Shown here: positions 29,554-39,790 of the stretch, piece by piece
Numbering within the stretch: the first letter of the stretch is position 1
How the letters are laid out: each line of letters starts with the position of its first letter
Origin: Rickettsiales bacterium
Lineage (GTDB): Bacteria; Pseudomonadota; Alphaproteobacteria; Rickettsiales; UBA3002
Length of the DNA stretch: 64,000 nucleotides
Direction: 5' to 3'
Assembly (NCBI GenBank): GCA_044239745.1
Contig: JBIIAV010000002.1
Span: 12,583-76,582 of the forward strand
The notes under the pieces: generated by a model
What the model was told of the DNA's origin: nothing
What the model saw: only the letters and a program-made list of their open reading frames with translations
Database searches by the model: none
Position numbers and translations under genes: made by a program

Positions 29554-31112
29554 GCACCGAATCCCCCATCCGCCGCGCCCTCATCTCCGTCTCCGATAAA
29601 ACGGGGCTACTCGATTTTGCGCGTTTCTTGGTCGCCCAGCAGGTGGAGCTGTTATCGACCGGCGGCACTGCCGAGTTGCTACGCAAAAACGCCATCCCCG
29701 TGCGCGACGTGGCCGAGGTCACCCAGTTCCCCGAGATGATGGACGGGCGCCTCAAGACCCTGCATCCGGCCGTGCATGGCGGCCTGCTCGCCCGCCGCGC
29801 CGACGCTTCACACATGGCCGCCGCCAGCGCCCACCACATCCCGATGATCGACCTGCTGGTGGTCAATCTCTACCCGTTCGAGACCACGCTCAACGCCAAA
29901 AAAGATGTCGACACGCTGGTCGAGAACATCGATATCGGCGGGCCCGCCATGATCCGCGCTGCCGCAAAAAATCATGAAAGCGTCACCGTCATCGTCGATG
30001 TTAGCGACTACGCAATGCTGCAGCAAACCATGCAGCAACATGGTAATCATGTTCCCGCCGATGCGCGCCGCGCATTCGCCGCCAAAGCCTTCGCCCGCTG
30101 CGCGGCGTATGACACCCTCATCGCCAGTTGGCTGACGGGTGCAGCAACGGGCGCGCCGTGGCCGGCCTACCTGCTCGACGCCAAACACGCCCAAACCCTG
30201 CGCTACGGCGAGAACCCCCATCAGGCCGCCGCGCTCTATCAGCGGCTGGATGGTAAGGGCGGCATCGCCCATGCGCAGCAGCTGCAAGGCAAGGAGCTCA
30301 GCTACAACAACTTGGCCGATGCGGATGCGGCATGGAATATCGTCAGTGGTTATTCCGTGCCAATCGCAGCACTCATCAAACATGCCAATCCCGCCGGTGT
30401 CGCCACCGGTGCGGATATCACCGCCGCCTTCACCGCCGCGCTCGCCAGCGATCCGGTCAGCGCGTTCGGTGGCATCCTTGCCGTCAACCGGCCGGTCGAT
30501 GCAGCGTTGGTCGCCGCCATCGGCGGCCTGTTCCTCGAGGTCATCATCGCACCCGAATTCACCCCCGAAGCGCTCAGCGCATTGGCCGCCAAAAAGAACC
30601 TGCGCCTGCTCGTCGCCACGCCGGAGACCCATGCCAGCCCGCTTTCCGGCTGGGTGGTCGCCGCCATCAGCGGCGGTTATATCGTGCAGCAAACCGATGG
30701 CGCCGCCACACCGTTCGCGCAGTGGCAATGCGTCGCGGGCAGCGCCCCCTCGCCCACCCAACAGGCGGATGCAACGCTGGCGTGGCATGTCGTCAAATAC
30801 GTCAAATCCAATGCCATCGTGCTGGTGAAAAACGGTGCCACCATCGGCGTCGGCGCAGGGCAGATGAGTCGGGTCGATTCGGTGCGTATCGCGATCGAAA
30901 AAGCGCGCGCGCACGGCCATGATCCGCGCGGCGCAGTGCTAGCGTCGGATGCGTTCTTCCCCTTTGCGGATAACGTGGAACTGGCAGCCGCTGCGGGCAT
31001 CGCCACCATTGTGCAAACGGGCGGTTCGGTGCGCGACGGCGAGGTGATCGAGGCGGCCCAGAAGCACGGCATCACCATGTTGTTCACCGGCGCGCGGCAC
31101 TTTAAGCATTAG
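29550..31112 (+). CDS. purH: bifunctional AICAR transformylase / IMP cyclohydrolase
   Basis: 520 aa. ALISVSDKTG, TGGTA, LHPAVHGG, IDIGGPAMIRAAAKN, FTGARHFKH end. ATGA overlap with the upstream gene. Confidence 0.96.
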   Translation: MSTESPIRRALISVSDKTGLLDFARFLVAQQVELLSTGGTAELLRKNAIPVRDVAEVTQFPEMMDGRLKTLHPAVHGGLLARRADASHMAAASAHHIPMIDLLVVNLYPFETTLNAKKDVDTLVENIDIGGPAMIRAAAKNHESVTVIVDVSDYAMLQQTMQQHGNHVPADARRAFAAKAFARCAAYDTLIASWLTGAATGAPWPAYLLDAKHAQTLRYGENPHQAAALYQRLDGKGGIAHAQQLQGKELSYNNLADADAAWNIVSGYSVPIAALIKHANPAGVATGADITAAFTAALASDPVSAFGGILAVNRPVDAALVAAIGGLFLEVIIAPEFTPEALSALAAKKNLRLLVATPETHASPLSGWVVAAISGGYIVQQTDGAATPFAQWQCVAGSAPSPTQQADATLAWHVVKYVKSNAIVLVKNGATIGVGAGQMSRVDSVRIAIEKARAHGHDPRGAVLASDAFFPFADNVELAAAAGIATIVQTGGSVRDGEVIEAAQKHGITMLFTGARHFKH

Positions 31113-31123
31113 CGTTCTCTTCG

Positions 31124-31258
31124 CTAATGCTGCACTGGCCGCGGCTTCTCGCTGGCATCCTTCTTTTGTTCGCGGCGCTGTTCTTGGCGCGCCATGAAAT
31201 CGACGATGCATTGTTCCAGTGGCGTGAGTTCGTCGTAGGTGAAGTGCGTCGGCGACAT
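31124..31258 (-). CDS. possible 44-aa small protein (below the ORF-track cutoff)
   Basis: My translation: MSPTHFTYDELTPLEQCIVDFMARQEQRREQKKDASEKPRPVQH. A strong GGGAGG ribosome-binding site sits 5 nt before the ATG. The antisense track ORF 31127..31315 has no ribosome-binding site. Confidence 0.3.
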   Translation of the reverse strand: MSPTHFTYDELTPLEQCIVDFMARQEQRREQKKDASEKPRPVQH

Positions 31259-31504
31259 ACAGACCTCCCGTTAGCAATAGCTTCAGCTTACGTCGCGAAG
31301 ATGAAGAATGTATGAAGACGCCCAGCGCCTGTGAATAACTTGGCCGCATACTGCATTATACGTGCGACTGCTGATTAAAAAATTAGGCGTGTCAGGATGG
31401 ATGCAGTGCTAGGAACGACAGCGCACAGAATGTTCCAGTGTAGCAGCGCCACATGAGCGTTCGAGCACTGGCATGACGACGCAATGCGCCATCCTCACGC
31501 GCCG

Positions 31505-33298
31505 CTACCTTCTGCCAAACAGCTTCTCGATATCCGCCTTGGCGAGCGCAACATAGGTCGGCCGCCCATGATTGCACTGGCCACTGAAGGGCGTCGCTTC
31601 CATCTGCCGCAGCAGCGCGTTCATTTCATTCAGATTCAGGGGTCGCCCGGCGCGCACGCTGCCATGGCAGGCCATGGAGCTTAGGATCTCCTCCAGCTTA
31701 TCGGCCAGCGCCAAGCCGTCGTCGTAAAGCGCGAGATTATCCGCCAAGTCCTGCACCAGCCCGATGATGTTGGCATCGCCCAGCAGGCTCGGCACTTCGC
31801 GCACCAGCACCGTCGCCTCGCCGAAGGCTTCCATCACCAGCCCGAGGCGCGCCCATTCCTCCGCACGCGCCATCAGCCGTGCGGCCTGCGCGTCCGTCAG
31901 CTCCACCACCTCGGGGATCAGCAGCATTTGCCGTGGCACCCCGTCGGCCAGCATCGCTTTCTTGAATGTCTCGTACATAATACGCTCATGCGCGGCGTGC
32001 TGATCGACGATCACCAGCCCGTCACGCGTCTGCGCAACGATATAGGTATGGTGCAGCTGCGCCACCGCCGCACCGAGGGGGAATTCGGGGTTGAGGGCGA
32101 CGACGGTTGCCGCGGCGCTGCGATGCTGCGGCGGCAAAGAACTGCCACCCCAGAGGGATGGTTTCGGTGCAGCAAATTCTGCCGCAGCCGTCACATACGG
32201 ATGACCGCCGGCGCCCCTGAATCCTGAATCCTGAATCCTGAATGCCGAAAGCGCCTCTTCGCCCACCGTTGTGCTCGCCCGTTGCGCCGTGGTGCCGATG
32301 GCATGGCGCAGCGCACTTAAAATCAGCCCGCGCACCAGCTGCGCATCGCGGAAGCGCACCTCGGATTTGGCGGGGTGGACGTTCACGTCCACCTGCTCGG
32401 GCGGCACCTCCAAAAACAGCACCGCGACGGGATGGCGGTCGCGCGCGAGATAATCCTGATAGGCCGCACGGATGACGCCGAGCAGCAATCGGTCACGCAC
32501 GGGGCGGCGGTTGACGAACAGATATTGCGCTTGGGATGTGCTGCGGTGGAAGGTGGGCAGGCCTGCAAATCCTGTCACGCGGATGCCCTCGCGCTGCATA
32601 TCGACTAGCGCGGTGTTGGCAGCAAATCCACTGCCCAGAATCTTCTCCAGCCGCTGTGGTGCGGCGCTCACCCAATCCATGGTCAACGCCGGAAAATCAC
32701 GCACACTGCGCCCGTCATGGCTTAAGCGGAAGCGGATATCGGGATGCGCCATCGCGAGGCGCTCGATGATGTCGACGACGGCGGTCAGTTCGCTGCGCGG
32801 CGATTTCAAGAATTTCAGCCGTGCGGGGATCGCGTAAAATAAATCGCGCACCTCGACCAAGGTGCCGTCGGTCAGTGCGGCGGGCACCAGCGGCTGCATC
32901 ACGCCACCTTCGACCGTCAGCGCGAACGCCTCCGCCGCACCGCGGGCACGGCTGCTGATGGTCAGCCGCGCGATCGAGCCGATGGAAGGCAACGCCTCGC
33001 CGCGAAAGCCCATGAAATGGATCGCGAGCAGATCGTCATCGGGCAGCTTGCTGGTGGCGTGGCGTTCCAGCGCCAAGGGCATGTCCGCCGGTGTCATGCC
33101 GCGCCCATTGTCGCGCACGCGGATGAGGGCCACCCCACCTTGTTCCAGCGCCACATCGATATCGTTCGCACCGGCATCGATGGCGTTCTCGACCAGCTCC
33201 TTCACCACCGAAGCGGGGCGCTCGATCACCTCACCGGCGGCGATCTGGTTGACCAGTGTCGTCGGTAAGCGGCGAAGCTGTGGCTGCGCGCCCGCCAC
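31505..33298 (-). CDS. mutL: DNA mismatch repair protein MutL
   Basis: 597 aa, GTG start. NQIAAGEVIERPASVVKELVENAIDAG (GHKL ATPase), DNGRGM, and a C-terminal dimerisation/endonuclease-type region (ACHGSVRAG). Confidence 0.95.
   Translation of the reverse strand: MAGAQPQLRRLPTTLVNQIAAGEVIERPASVVKELVENAIDAGANDIDVALEQGGVALIRVRDNGRGMTPADMPLALERHATSKLPDDDLLAIHFMGFRGEALPSIGSIARLTISSRARGAAEAFALTVEGGVMQPLVPAALTDGTLVEVRDLFYAIPARLKFLKSPRSELTAVVDIIERLAMAHPDIRFRLSHDGRSVRDFPALTMDWVSAAPQRLEKILGSGFAANTALVDMQREGIRVTGFAGLPTFHRSTSQAQYLFVNRRPVRDRLLLGVIRAAYQDYLARDRHPVAVLFLEVPPEQVDVNVHPAKSEVRFRDAQLVRGLILSALRHAIGTTAQRASTTVGEEALSAFRIQDSGFRGAGGHPYVTAAAEFAAPKPSLWGGSSLPPQHRSAAATVVALNPEFPLGAAVAQLHHTYIVAQTRDGLVIVDQHAAHERIMYETFKKAMLADGVPRQMLLIPEVVELTDAQAARLMARAEEWARLGLVMEAFGEATVLVREVPSLLGDANIIGLVQDLADNLALYDDGLALADKLEEILSSMACHGSVRAGRPLNLNEMNALLRQMEATPFSGQCNHGRPTYVALAKADIEKLFGRR
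32216..32243. repeat. perfect heptanucleotide tandem repeat (CCTGAAT)x4 inside the mutL linker
   Basis: Plus strand reads cctgaat cctgaat cctgaat cctgaat. In gene sense this is (ATTCAGG)n, encoding FRIQDSGFR. Confidence 0.95.
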
Positions 33299-33303
33299 GG
33301 CCG

Positions 33304-34671
33304 TTACTTGATATCGCTATGGCTGAGCGTGCCGGCCGCCATCGGCGCGGCGCTGCCGCTTTCAGGCGCACCGCCGACGACCGAGAACACGAAGCGCGAC
33401 GGGCTCAGGAATTCTTCGGCGACGGCATTGATATCACCGCAGCTGACCTTGTTGAACAGCGCCTCGCGGGCGTTGATGTAATCCTCGCCCAAGCCTTGGA
33501 TCTGCATGGCCAGCAACTGCTGCGCGATGGCGCCGTTGCCGTCGAGCTTGCGGGCATAGGCACCGATGACACCGCTTTTGGCATCGGCACATTCTTCGGT
33601 CGTGATGCCTTTGGTATGCAGCGTCTCAAGCGTCGTTTTCACTTCGCGAATGGCCTCGTCCGCCGTGGCGTTGCGGGTCGATAATGCACCGGTGATGAGG
33701 GCTGCGCCGCGCTTGATCTCGATGTCGGATTGCACGCTGTACACCAGCCCCTTCTTTTGGCGCACTTCATCGCCAAGGCGTGAGAACAGGCCGCTGCCGC
33801 CAAGGATATGGTTCAGTAAATACGCGGCATAGAAGCGCGCATCGTCGCGCGCCACGAAGGGTGCCGCGAACAGCACCGTCGTTTGCGGTGCCTCCATCGT
33901 TTTGCGCACCGTCTCGCCGCCGCCTTGCAGCGTGGTCTGGGTGACGGCGACGGCGCCCGAATCGTTCTTGGCCAATGCATCCACCACCGGCTCGAGCACA
34001 TCGTCGAGCAAGGCGGTATCGATATCGCCCGACGCCGCGATCAGCACATTGCCGCGCGTGATGTAGGTGCTCACATAATCACGTACATCCTGCGCGGTGA
34101 GCGCCGCGATGCTGTTCGCATCGCCATACGGTGCGTTGGCATACGGGTGCCCCTTGAAGCCGCGCTGCATCAGCAGTCGCTGCGCATGATAACTCGGGCG
34201 CTCGTTCATACGCGCCAGCAGAGAACGCATATCGGCCTTCATCCGCGCCTGATCGACCTCGGCCAGTTGCGGCTTGGAAAGCGCCAGCGCCAGCAACTGT
34301 CCGGCGCGGGTGGCATGTTCGCGCAGCGCATAGAGATGCACTGTCAGGCGGTCGTCCTCGGCCTGCATCTCCATGACGATCGCCTTCTCATCAAGGGCGC
34401 GGCGGAACGCCACGCTATCCATCGTGCCGGCGCCTTCGGTCAGCAGCGCGGCGGCAAAAGCAGCGCGGCCGGCCTTGCCCTCAGGGTCACTCGCGGTGCC
34501 GGCACCTTCGAAGCTGAGCACGATATCGACCACCGGTGCGGTGTCGTTTTGGGTATACCACACCTTCACCCCATGGCCGACGGTGCGCGTGCCCACCACC
34601 AGTTCGGCATGTGCCGGAAAGGCGAGTAACAGCGCGCCCGCAAGCAGCAACAACGCAGCGGCATGACGCAT
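33304..34671 (-). CDS. M16-family (pitrilysin-like) peptidase, non-catalytic partner subunit
   Basis: Signal peptide MRHAAALLLLAGALLLAFPAHA. M16 fold but no HxxEH motif. The alternative upstream start at 34719 would overlap the preceding gene. Confidence 0.8.
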   Translation of the reverse strand: MRHAAALLLLAGALLLAFPAHAELVVGTRTVGHGVKVWYTQNDTAPVVDIVLSFEGAGTASDPEGKAGRAAFAAALLTEGAGTMDSVAFRRALDEKAIVMEMQAEDDRLTVHLYALREHATRAGQLLALALSKPQLAEVDQARMKADMRSLLARMNERPSYHAQRLLMQRGFKGHPYANAPYGDANSIAALTAQDVRDYVSTYITRGNVLIAASGDIDTALLDDVLEPVVDALAKNDSGAVAVTQTTLQGGGETVRKTMEAPQTTVLFAAPFVARDDARFYAAYLLNHILGGSGLFSRLGDEVRQKKGLVYSVQSDIEIKRGAALITGALSTRNATADEAIREVKTTLETLHTKGITTEECADAKSGVIGAYARKLDGNGAIAQQLLAMQIQGLGEDYINAREALFNKVSCGDINAVAEEFLSPSRFVFSVVGGAPESGSAAPMAAGTLSHSDIK

Positions 34672-34708
34672 GCTGCGCGGGTAGGTAGCGACAGCGGCAC
34701 GGGCGCGG

Positions 34709-36112
34709 TTAGGGTGCATGGGTGGCCTCCGTCACAGTCGGCGGGGTGGGCACTTGCGGCAGCAACTGGCCGGTGACACCGCGTGGGGCAACCAACACCG
34801 CGCGCGCCGCTTCAAGCGCCGAGGCGGCACTCACCTGCTCGATGCTATCCGTCCATTGATAGAAATACTGTTCGTCGAGCCCGATGGCATAAAGTTGCGC
34901 CATCCACTGCGCCAGCGGCTGCAGTCCGTCCTGCGCGAATACCGCATCGGCCTTGAGCAATGTTTTGGCGCGGTCGATACCGGCGGCATCCAGCGGTGCG
35001 GTCATGGCCTGTTCCAGTGCGCGGTTGAGCGCTTCCTCCAATTGGCCAAGCGATACTCCCGCCGCCGGAATCGCACGGATGCGAAACAGCGCCGGCCCGA
35101 TCGATTGCGGGTCATAGCTCACGCTCACTTGCGTCGCCACGTTCTGTTGCCGCACCAGCGCATCGTAAAGCACACTGGCATCGCCGCCGCCGAGATATTG
35201 CGCGAACACGGCCAATGCCATGGCCTGCGCGCTGGTGCCTTCCTTCACACTGGGCGCAACATATTGCCGCAGCAAACGCGGCTCATTAACGCGCACATCG
35301 CGCATCTCGCCGCGGCGCGTCAGCCGCATCGGCGGCTCCTTCGGCCATGCGCGCACCGGCGCAGCACTGGCGGTCAGTCCACCGTAATAGCGCTGCGCAT
35401 CGCGGCGCACTTGCGCCACCGTCACGTCGCCCGCCACCACCAGAATCATGTTGGAAGGACGGTAATACATCGCGTGGAACGCAGCGGCATCCTCGGGCGT
35501 GAAGCTGGCCATATCCTCCGCCCAACCGATGACCGGCCGGCCATACGGATGGTTGAGGAATGTCAGGGCGTCGAGCTGTTCGTGCCATTGCGCGGCGGGA
35601 TTGTTCTCGACCCGTATGCCCCGCTCTTCGGTGATGACCTTAAGTTCGCGCGCGGCGATCGTAGGGTCGATGATGAGGTTGGCCAAGCGGTCGGCCTCCA
35701 TCGTCATCACCGCCGGCATATGCTGCTTGGGCACCGTCGCGTAATAGAGCGTATAGTCGCGCGTGGTATAGGCGTTCTGTTCACCGCCGACACGGGCGAT
35801 GGCGCGGTCATAGGCGCCTTCGGGAAAATTCTTGGTGCCACCGAACATGAGATGTTCCAGGTAATGCGCAAGGCCGGATTTGCCGTAAGGGTCATCCGCC
35901 GCGCCGGCTTTCACCACCAGCAGATGGCTGACGACCGGCATGCGATCGTTGGGCATCACCACCACCTCAAGGCCGTTGGTGAGGCGGAATTTCTCGACCG
36001 GCACGGCCGTGCGCACATCACGCTCGCGCACCGCGGAGCCGCTGACGAAATAGATACCGACCGCCAGCAGCACCAACAACACCATCAGCGGGATGAAATA
36101 GCGCTTGAGCAT
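34709..36112 (-). CDS. M16-family zinc peptidase (catalytic subunit)
   Basis: N-terminal TM/signal sequence. Inverted zinc motif GLAHYLEHLMF (HxxEH). Confidence 0.88.
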   Translation of the reverse strand: MLKRYFIPLMVLLVLLAVGIYFVSGSAVRERDVRTAVPVEKFRLTNGLEVVVMPNDRMPVVSHLLVVKAGAADDPYGKSGLAHYLEHLMFGGTKNFPEGAYDRAIARVGGEQNAYTTRDYTLYYATVPKQHMPAVMTMEADRLANLIIDPTIAARELKVITEERGIRVENNPAAQWHEQLDALTFLNHPYGRPVIGWAEDMASFTPEDAAAFHAMYYRPSNMILVVAGDVTVAQVRRDAQRYYGGLTASAAPVRAWPKEPPMRLTRRGEMRDVRVNEPRLLRQYVAPSVKEGTSAQAMALAVFAQYLGGGDASVLYDALVRQQNVATQVSVSYDPQSIGPALFRIRAIPAAGVSLGQLEEALNRALEQAMTAPLDAAGIDRAKTLLKADAVFAQDGLQPLAQWMAQLYAIGLDEQYFYQWTDSIEQVSAASALEAARAVLVAPRGVTGQLLPQVPTPPTVTEATHAP

Positions 36113-36718
36113 CTAGAAGATACGATCGATCAGGGAATCGCTGCCGGATTTCTCGACCGGCACCTCCCCTTCGGTGACAGGTTTTCCCTCGTCCTTATTC
36201 GCGCGCAGGCGCTCGGCCTCTTTCTTGGCGTCCACCGTCGGTTCGTTCTTCTCGGCACCGCTGATCTTCTCAAGCAGCGAGGTCGCTTTGCTGGTGTCGG
36301 CAGGGGTCGCGGCATCCACGCTCAATTGGGTACGAATATCCTCGCGCGCCGCATCAGCGCCGGCGCGTTTAAGCAAGCTTTGTGCGCCGCCGCTCAAGGC
36401 ATCGCTTCGTTGCACCGGCGTCACGGCGGTGTCGGCCGTCGTGGCTTCAAGCGCCGCGGGGTCGGGCAATGCGGTCACGGGTTTGCCGGTGATCAGGGCG
36501 CGCGCTTTTTCATCGGTGGCGGTGCCGCGCGGCTCCTCGCCGGCACGCGGTGGGCGCAGCGTGAATTCCGGTGGCAGCGAAAGCGGCGGGCGCGAGACCA
36601 CGGTGAATTCGTCCGGCGCTTCGCGGTTGATGCCGAGCGTTTCTTGCACGCTGTTATTATCGCATGCGGCAAGCAGCAGCGGCAGCATGATGACAAGCGG
36701 TTTCAAAAACGTTTTCAT
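36113..36718 (-). CDS. DUF3035-type lipoprotein
   Basis: Lipobox LLLAAC. Low-complexity Ala/Pro/Glu-rich body. Its stop abuts the M16 start. Confidence 0.6.
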   Translation of the reverse strand: MKTFLKPLVIMLPLLLAACDNNSVQETLGINREAPDEFTVVSRPPLSLPPEFTLRPPRAGEEPRGTATDEKARALITGKPVTALPDPAALEATTADTAVTPVQRSDALSGGAQSLLKRAGADAAREDIRTQLSVDAATPADTSKATSLLEKISGAEKNEPTVDAKKEAERLRANKDEGKPVTEGEVPVEKSGSDSLIDRIF

Positions 36719-36749
36719 GGGCGCTAGACTACACCGATTGGCGAGAACT

Positions 36750-37232
36750 TCAAGGGCGCGCTGGTGCTTTCAACAAGCAAAACAACAACAGGCCGACACC
36801 GGTGCAGATCGCCATATCGGCCACGTTGAACGCCGGCCAGCCGCGCGCCCCGATATGGGCATAGAAAAAATCGGCGACCGCGCCGAAGCGCAACCGGTCA
36901 AGCGCGTTGCCCATCGCCCCGCCGATGACCATCGCATAGCCGATGCGCTCGAGGCCATGCTCGCTGCGCAGCGCAAGCCGCGCCAACAGCGCCGAAATGC
37001 TCGCCGCCAGCGCCGCCAGCACATAGGGCATCCATTCCGAGGAATGCGAGAACATGCTGAAACTCACGCCACGGTTCCACGCCATCACCAGCGCGAAATT
37101 CTCGTGCAGGCGCACCGGCGCCCGTGCCGCGATGTCGAACACCGCCAGCAGCCAATATTTGCTCGCCTGATCGAGCGCGAACACGATAAGCGCGATCACA
37201 ACGAGCGATGGGGTGGAAATACGACGGCTCAT
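36750..37232 (-). CDS. lspA: lipoprotein signal peptidase II
   Basis: From ATG 37232 (ATGA overlap with the ribF stop): DQASKYW, NRGVSFSMF, GGAMGNALDR and FNVAD motifs. Confidence 0.93.
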   Translation of the reverse strand: MSRRISTPSLVVIALIVFALDQASKYWLLAVFDIAARAPVRLHENFALVMAWNRGVSFSMFSHSSEWMPYVLAALAASISALLARLALRSEHGLERIGYAMVIGGAMGNALDRLRFGAVADFFYAHIGARGWPAFNVADMAICTGVGLLLFCLLKAPARP

Positions 37233-38158
37233 GCCTGCGCCTCCAGCCATTGGCGCGCCTGCGCAGTGTCGGTTGCAATTTGGGCGCGCAACGCCTCCAG
37301 CCCGTCGAATTTCTTCTCCGGCCGTAAAAAATGTAACAACGAAAGTTTCATGGTTTTTCCGTAAATTTCCTGCATGGTATCAAAAAGATGCGCTTCGGCG
37401 ATGGGGTGTTGATAACTTCCGGCGGTCGGCCGCATCCCTACATTGGCGACACCCGCATAGGTTGCGCCGTCGATCTCGGCACGGATGGCATAGACCCCGT
37501 AGGCCGGCGCCAAAAGGCCACGCGCGATCGGCAGGTTGGCGGTGGGAAAGCCAAGCGTGCGGCCGCGTTTCTCGCCGTGCACCACCCGCCCAGTCAGGCT
37601 GTAGGGGCGGCCGAGCAGCTGGGTGGCCGTCGCCATGTCGCCTTGTGTCAGCGCCACGCGGATCGCGCTCGACGAACAGATCCGCCCGTCCACCATCACC
37701 GGCGGCAGCGTGGTGATCGCCACATTGTTCGCTGCGCCCCAAGCCGCCAGCATGGCGCGGTCGCCGCGGCGCTTATGGCCGAAGGAAAAGTTCTCGCCCG
37801 TCACCACCGCTTTGGCGCCAAGCCGGCGGCCGAGCACATCGTCCAAGAAGGCTTCGGGTGAAAGCTGCGCAAACGCCTGATCGAAACGCGGCATCACCAA
37901 TCGCTCCACCCCCGCGTCGCGCAGCCGCGCGATTTTATCCTGCACGCGCGCGATACGAAACGCCGCGATGTTGGGGGCAAAGAACCGGCGCGGGTGCGGC
38001 TCGAATGTGAGCGCCGAGGCGACCAGCCCGTGCTGCTTGGCGGCGCGTTTCATCGCATCGATCACCGCTTGGTGGCCTTGGTGCAGCCCATCGAAATTGC
38101 CGATCGCCACCGCCGAAGGGCGTGGGCTTTGGTCGGGCAATTGACGAATAAGCTGCAT
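37229..38158 (-). CDS. ribF: bifunctional riboflavin kinase / FMN adenylyltransferase
   Basis: MQLIRQL...AIGNFDGLHQGHQ. C-terminal kinase motifs G.RLGFPTAN and PTxG...E.H. The alternative ATG at 38185 adds 9 aa. Confidence 0.93.
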   Translation of the reverse strand: MQLIRQLPDQSPRPSAVAIGNFDGLHQGHQAVIDAMKRAAKQHGLVASALTFEPHPRRFFAPNIAAFRIARVQDKIARLRDAGVERLVMPRFDQAFAQLSPEAFLDDVLGRRLGAKAVVTGENFSFGHKRRGDRAMLAAWGAANNVAITTLPPVMVDGRICSSSAIRVALTQGDMATATQLLGRPYSLTGRVVHGEKRGRTLGFPTANLPIARGLLAPAYGVYAIRAEIDGATYAGVANVGMRPTAGSYQHPIAEAHLFDTMQEIYGKTMKLSLLHFLRPEKKFDGLEALRAQIATDTAQARQWLEAQA

Positions 38159-38245
38159 GTTGCGCTCGGTTCCCGTTAGTGGCATGGTGCGGCTTCCTTA
38201 TATCGTTCGCATGACCGCGTGTAAATTCATTAGGACAACCCAGCT

Positions 38246-39790
38246 ATGTCGCTAGTAAAATCCACCATGACCATTGGCTTCTTCACGCTCCTGTCACGCA
38301 TCAGCGGGTTCGTACGCGACGTACTGATGGCCAACCTCATCGGCGCCAGCTGGCTTTCAGACGCGTTCTTCGTCGCTTTCAAACTGCCCAATTTCTTCCG
38401 CCGCCTGTTCGCCGAGGGCGCCTTCAACGCCGCCTTCATCCCCTGCTTCTCTTCGATCCTGACCGAACATGGCCGCGAGGCCGCCATCAAATTCGCCGGC
38501 GAGGTGATGAGCGTGCTGCTGCTGGTACTGCTCGTGCTCAATGCCATCTTCATCCTGTTCATGCCGTGGATCACCCCGTTCTTCGCCCCCGGTTTCGCCG
38601 ATACGCCCGAGAAATTCGACCTCACCGTTACGCTTTCACAAATCACTTTCCCCTATATTCTCTTCATTTCGCTGGTGTCGCTTCTGGGCGGCATCCTCAA
38701 TTCCATGGGCAAGTTCGCCGCCCCCGCCGCCAGCCCTATCCTATTGAATCTGTGCATGATCGGCGGCATGCTCTGGCTTAATGGCGTAAGTTCCACCCCC
38801 GCCCATGCCCTCAGCTATGCCGTGTTCATCGCCGGTATCGTCCAGCTGGGCTGGCTCATCTTCATTTGCATGCGTCACGATATGATGCCCGCCATCAGCA
38901 GCCCGCGGCTGACAAAGCAAGTGCGCGGCATGCTGTTTTTGATGGCTCCGGCGGCGCTTGGCTCCGGCGTGCAGCAGCTCAACCTGCTGATCGACGTCAT
39001 CATCGCCAGCCACATCGCGGGCGCCGTCTCCTATCTCTATTACGCCGACCGCATCACCGAACTGCCCATCGGCATGATTGGTGTCGCGGTGGGCACGGTG
39101 CTGCTACCGATGATGAGCAAGCAAATTCGCAGCGGTAATCTGGCCGAGGCGCGCAGCAGCATGAACCGCGCGCTGGAGCTGGTGCTGCTGTTCGGCCTGC
39201 CCTCCACCGCCGCGCTGCTCGTCATTGCCGAGCCGGTCATCCGCGTTCTTTATTTCCACGGCGCTTTCACCGAGATCAATATGATCGCGACCAAGAACGC
39301 CCTGCTCGCCTTCACCGCCGGGCTGCCCGCGTTCCTTGCCGTTAAAATTTTCGCGCCGGGGTTTTTCGCTAACCACGATACCAAAACCCCCTTCAAGATT
39401 GCCATCGTCTGCGTGCTCGTCAATCTGTTCTTCAACCTTACCCTCATCCATCATTTTTCTCATGTCGGCATGGCGATGGCGACTTCCATCGCCGGTTGGG
39501 TCAATGTCGGCATGATGGCTTATATCCTTCATAAACGTGGCATCTTCGTGCCGGACGCGCTGCTCAAATCGCGCCTGCTCAAGCTGCTGGTCGCCTCCGT
39601 CATCATGATGGTGGCGCTGGTCATCGTGCAGCAGTATTTCGTATCGTTTTATATGCAGGGCACATGGATGAAGATCGCGGGCTTAAGCAGCGTCATCGCT
39701 ATGGGTGCCACTGTATTCGGCCTGAGTGTCTTGGCGCTCAAAGCCTACGACGTGGAACTGGTGAACCAGCTCATCCGCCGCAAAAAATAG
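38246..39790 (+). CDS. murJ: lipid II flippase MurJ
   Basis: 514 aa. SRISGFVRDVLMANLIGAS...AFFVAFKLPNFFRRLFAEGAF is the signature N-terminus. About 14 TM helices. Confidence 0.94.
   Translation: MSLVKSTMTIGFFTLLSRISGFVRDVLMANLIGASWLSDAFFVAFKLPNFFRRLFAEGAFNAAFIPCFSSILTEHGREAAIKFAGEVMSVLLLVLLVLNAIFILFMPWITPFFAPGFADTPEKFDLTVTLSQITFPYILFISLVSLLGGILNSMGKFAAPAASPILLNLCMIGGMLWLNGVSSTPAHALSYAVFIAGIVQLGWLIFICMRHDMMPAISSPRLTKQVRGMLFLMAPAALGSGVQQLNLLIDVIIASHIAGAVSYLYYADRITELPIGMIGVAVGTVLLPMMSKQIRSGNLAEARSSMNRALELVLLFGLPSTAALLVIAEPVIRVLYFHGAFTEINMIATKNALLAFTAGLPAFLAVKIFAPGFFANHDTKTPFKIAIVCVLVNLFFNLTLIHHFSHVGMAMATSIAGWVNVGMMAYILHKRGIFVPDALLKSRLLKLLVASVIMMVALVIVQQYFVSFYMQGTWMKIAGLSSVIAMGATVFGLSVLALKAYDVELVNQLIRRKK

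Noticed and set aside
34718-36727. 669-aa plus-strand ORF
   Set aside because: It is antisense to the M16 peptidase and DUF3035 genes. The product is His/Arg/Gly-rich and low-complexity.
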